Assembly: GCA_964016885.1 (NCBI GenBank)
Contig: OZ024742.1
Location: 275,714,001-275,778,000 of the forward strand
From: Eledone cirrhosa
Lineage: Eukaryota
DNA: 64,000 nt
Direction: 5' to 3'
The first letter of the stretch is position 1; every line of letters begins with the position of its first letter. The notes under the pieces are model-generated. The model was not told the origin of the DNA. It ran no database searches and worked only from the letters and a program-made list of their open reading frames with translations. A program made the position numbers and the translations under genes. Shown here piece after piece: positions 60,831-64,000 of this stretch.

Positions 60831-61119
60831 GGAACTAACAAGGGGCCCCCTAAAAAGGTCTCCCAACATACTTGAAATAACAGCCAAATCTCCCTCACAT
60901 CACAATCCAGCTCTTCCTTTTGCTATTTCTCCACTAACTAAAAAGGGAGCTTCTACATACTACAAATAACAGTATATCACCCTACATATAAGAAATAACA
61001 GCGAAAACCCGTCGGAAGTTACTTTTTTTGTTTAGTATGGTCTCAGTTAATGTTATGGTTATTTTCGTGGAATACTTATTCCGAAACTACACCTTTTTTT
61101 CTTTCATTTATTTCTTCAT

Positions 61120-61590
61120 TCATTTACCGTACTCTTACTTTCTGGCAAGTGTTGGACGGGTAATTAGAATAATTTATTCTAAACATCCGGTACATCGGAT
61201 CGGTTGATTTTACTTTCACCCTAATGCAGTGATGGTTTATAGGGAATTTGCCGTCAATAATACACCCAAGAAAAGACGATTGAATAAAGAAAGCAACAAA
61301 GATGAATAAATACCTCGTATATATTAGAGCTATTGTTGGGAAATCAGAACTGGTGGTTGGACGTGTTGTATTCTCTCTTGTACACACTTTCATTCTTCGC
61401 TTGTATATATATTTATATTATAGTAGATAAATATGGCTACGTTACAATAACACTATGTCTCATGCTTAATAGATCATTTGAGAGATCGATGTCATTCATT
61501 TGAAAATAACATTGAAGAGTTCTTTAACAACAACAAGTGCAGAATGCATTCAATATCCGGTTGATCATGCGCATTAGTAAAATATCAGAA
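61120..61590 (-). promoter_or_regulatory. Candidate promoter and first exon of ZNF-B
   Basis: Paralog of 19760-20245; CATGCGCAT at 61566-61574. Confidence 0.5.
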
Positions 61591-63019
61591 GACGAGATTG
61601 CAGAGATACGTAGATGAACGAGTATGTGTATGTGGATACATTCAGTATACCCATCTATCAATATACCCCGGAAGAGGGGGGGTCACGTATTCGCATACTC
61701 AAACTGTTAGAATATTGACTTTTGTATTGCTTTCGAACTCCCCAGGGCGACACAGAACGCAATGTGCATGGGTTACCTGCTGCAAGCAGCCTATTAAACT
61801 GTGTATCACAAGCACCTGAATCGTAACGTTCAAAATAGATTACGAATAGATAGGGCTGCCACAAAAGAGAGACATATGCACCACCGAGTGGTCTGTCTGC
61901 AAGTGCCCTTACGTATTACCTACTCTCCTTCATGAGTACTCCCCTTTTCTTTCTCGGTGATGCGACGCCACGGCTCTGCTACCCTCCCTCCCACAGATGA
62001 TGTGTGACTTATACTTGCAGTTCTGAGCCTTCTTCAGTGGTCTGTGCTACTGAAAGGTCACGCTGGATTTTCTCTCCTCAAGCTCATGTTTTTTTTTGCC
62101 ACCTTTAGTATTGTATGAAACAATTATTGATTTCACACTCACATCGGTGGCTATGCTTCTCTAGCTTTTGTGGTGTTAGCGTGGAACATTATCTCCCTTA
62201 TTTATGTTTTTGTATAGCACCACCGGCAGTATTTAATTCTTGACGTCAGCTCTATTGTAGATCTTTGACTTTTCTTGTTTTTTTAGAGCACATCATGACT
62301 GGCAAAAAATGGAGAAGAAAAGCCTCAATATGTTGTTTGCAGTAAAGCTTTGACAAATGATTCTATGAAACTGACAAAGTTGAAGCAACGTTTACAAAAT
62401 GTTCATCCTCAACACAAGGACAAGGACAACAGCTTTTTGAATGTCATGGGAATGCTCTTAAAAGGATGAAGCGGATTCAACAGGGGCATTCCAAGAAACA
62501 AACCTAAAGATTAATGAAGCTTCTTTGTCGTAGCACTGGAGATAGCAATGCAGAAAAGCCACATACATTTGAGGGAACTTTGATCAAACCTTGCTCTCTC
62601 AAAATGGTGGAAATTGTGTTGGGAAGTGGATTGGAGAAAAAGTTTGCAGCAGTTTCACTATGAAACAGTGCTGTTCAAAGGAGGATCAGAGACATGGCCA
62701 ATGACATCAAGGATCAAGTCTGCCACATTTGGCTGATTTCCAATTCAACTTGATGAATCAACTGATTTGGCATCGTGTTCCCTGTTGATGGTGTTTGCAA
62801 GGTATGTGCATTCAGGTTCATTTAAAGAGGAGTTTCTCTTTTCATCTCATCTTGAAACGACTACCAAGGCCCCTGGTATTTTGCAAAAGGTTTCATCTTT
62901 CCTTGAATCAGAAAATCTTTTGTGGAATAATATTTGTGGGTGATGTACAGATGGAGCACCAGCTATGTTGGGTATAAAATCAGGATTTCAAGTTTGTGTG
63001 AAAAAGCGAGCTCTAAAAC

Positions 63020-63051
63020 GGCTGCGTGTTCGTATCACGTCAGGGTTACCA
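63020..63051 (+). other. 3' 32 nt of a tRNA-Trp including CCA (primer-derived, not a tRNA gene)
   Basis: GGCT GCGTG TTCGTAT CACGT CAGGGTT A CCA matches metazoan tRNA-Trp positions 45-76 (GGCTGCGTGTTCGAATCACGTCGGGGTCACCA) with 3 differences. Confidence 0.8.
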
Positions 63052-63052
63052 A

Positions 63053-63361
63053 TATAGCGAGAGTACTGGGTTGTATGAATGTAACAAAACAAGGCATGGT
63101 TTGTGTGTATAATATTTAATTAACAATGGTAGATAGTATAGTTGACATGTCAAAGAAATAGATGATAGAATGAAACAAAGTTAGTCGTTACCGTTTTGAT
63201 TGCCAGGCAAACGCGGCTGGCAGAGGACGCCAGGCGCCGGAAGGCCAAATGAGAGGCAGAGAGCCGAGAGCTATTCGTTTTATAGGGCTCTGCCGGAAGT
63301 TACAGAAAGGGTTCTACTTCCCGTCTAGATGTTAATCCAAACAAGGGAGACAACCGCTACA
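63053..63361 (-). mobile_element. Single 309-bp LTR (Gypsy-like) followed by a tRNA-Trp PBS
   Basis: Minus strand TGTAGCGG...TCGCTATA termini, CCTATAAAA TATA box, ATTAAA signal, then T plus TGGTAACCCTGACGTGAT; absent from hAT copies 1 and 2. Confidence 0.82.
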
Positions 63362-64000
63362 AGTGAAAGGCATTCAATGTATGATCCATCATCAGACACC
63401 GACCTCCAAAATACTTCCAGGTTCATTATCAATCCATACTGTTCAAAGGAGGATCAAGTATCAAGTTGTGTAGGAAATCAAGTCTGCAGTATTTGGCTTA
63501 TTTTCAATTCAGCTTGTGGAATGGATCATGCACCTTGCCTATTTGGTTGATATTTTTGAGCAGCTAAATAAACTGAATCTTCAGACAAAAGGAAGGAATA
63601 CAAATATCATAAAATTTGTGGATGCTTTGAAAGCTTTCATGGGCAAACTAGAAAATTGGAAGAGAAAGATCAATATCAAAAATGTTGCAATGTTTGAGAA
63701 GCTGTCATCTGTTGTTGGTGGTGGTGAAGACCAAGTGCTTCGACAATTTGTAAAAAATGAAATTTTGTAGCATTTGTCATCAGTGGAAAATGAATTCAGC
63801 CAATATTTTCCTGAACTCAGGGATGATGATTTGGATTTAATGCAAAATCCATTCAAATTGTCAATTGAATAAGTTCCCAATATAAATTTCTGGAGCTGAA
63901 AACTGATTTTGGGGCAAGAGATATGTTCAATGAGAAATCAATTACAGAATTTAGGCTCTTCGTGTGTAATTCCTACCCAAAAGTGGAGAAAGAGTAATCA

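Larger units (their letters stand above)
48291..61650. repeat. Segmental duplication unit B (~13.35 kb)
   Basis: Starts CAGTATACCTATCTATCAATATA, repeated at 61643; collinear with unit A except for indels and one inversion. Confidence 0.92.
61643..64000 (+). mobile_element. Start of duplication unit C: decayed hAT/Buster element copy 3
   Basis: Collinear with 48291-50060 and 1-1090. Confidence 0.9.

Noticed and set aside
63020-63051. Possible tRNA-Trp gene
   Set aside because: Only the 3' 32 nt are present, with an encoded CCA fused to an LTR; it is primer-derived.

Overview
AT-rich, repeat-dense eukaryotic DNA. It is most likely an octopus or other coleoid cephalopod C2H2 zinc-finger gene cluster; this is inferred from the MENELWEK-leader/HTGEKP ZNFs without KRAB, the CORE-type tRNA SINEs with (GAT)n tails and the abundant RTE LINEs. 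The only convincing host genes are two paralogous minus-strand ZNFs with single coding exons (11714-13159, 15 intact fingers; 55549-57051, 16 intact fingers). Each sits in a tandemly duplicated cassette (hAT/Buster relic, RTE relics, ZNF, intron, promoter) seen three times: A 1-20295, B 48291-61650 and C 61643-end. Between A and B lies about 28 kb that is absent at the B/C junction and is bracketed by two halves of an Expander/Rex3-like RTE. That block holds RTE, CR1 and Penelope elements, SINEs, a fold-back element with telomere-like arrays, a 3.4-kb hexamer array, satellites and exon-like acidic segments. Highlights are: an LTR fused to 32 nt of tRNA-Trp with a substitution exactly at A58, which looks like a fossil plus-strand strong-stop cDNA; a conserved uORF in frame with both ZNFs; a Helitron with its empty site next door; and a Penelope element with inverted pLTRs carrying hammerhead motifs. 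All family assignments come from motif recognition by eye, no database search was run, and boundaries of decayed elements are approximate.
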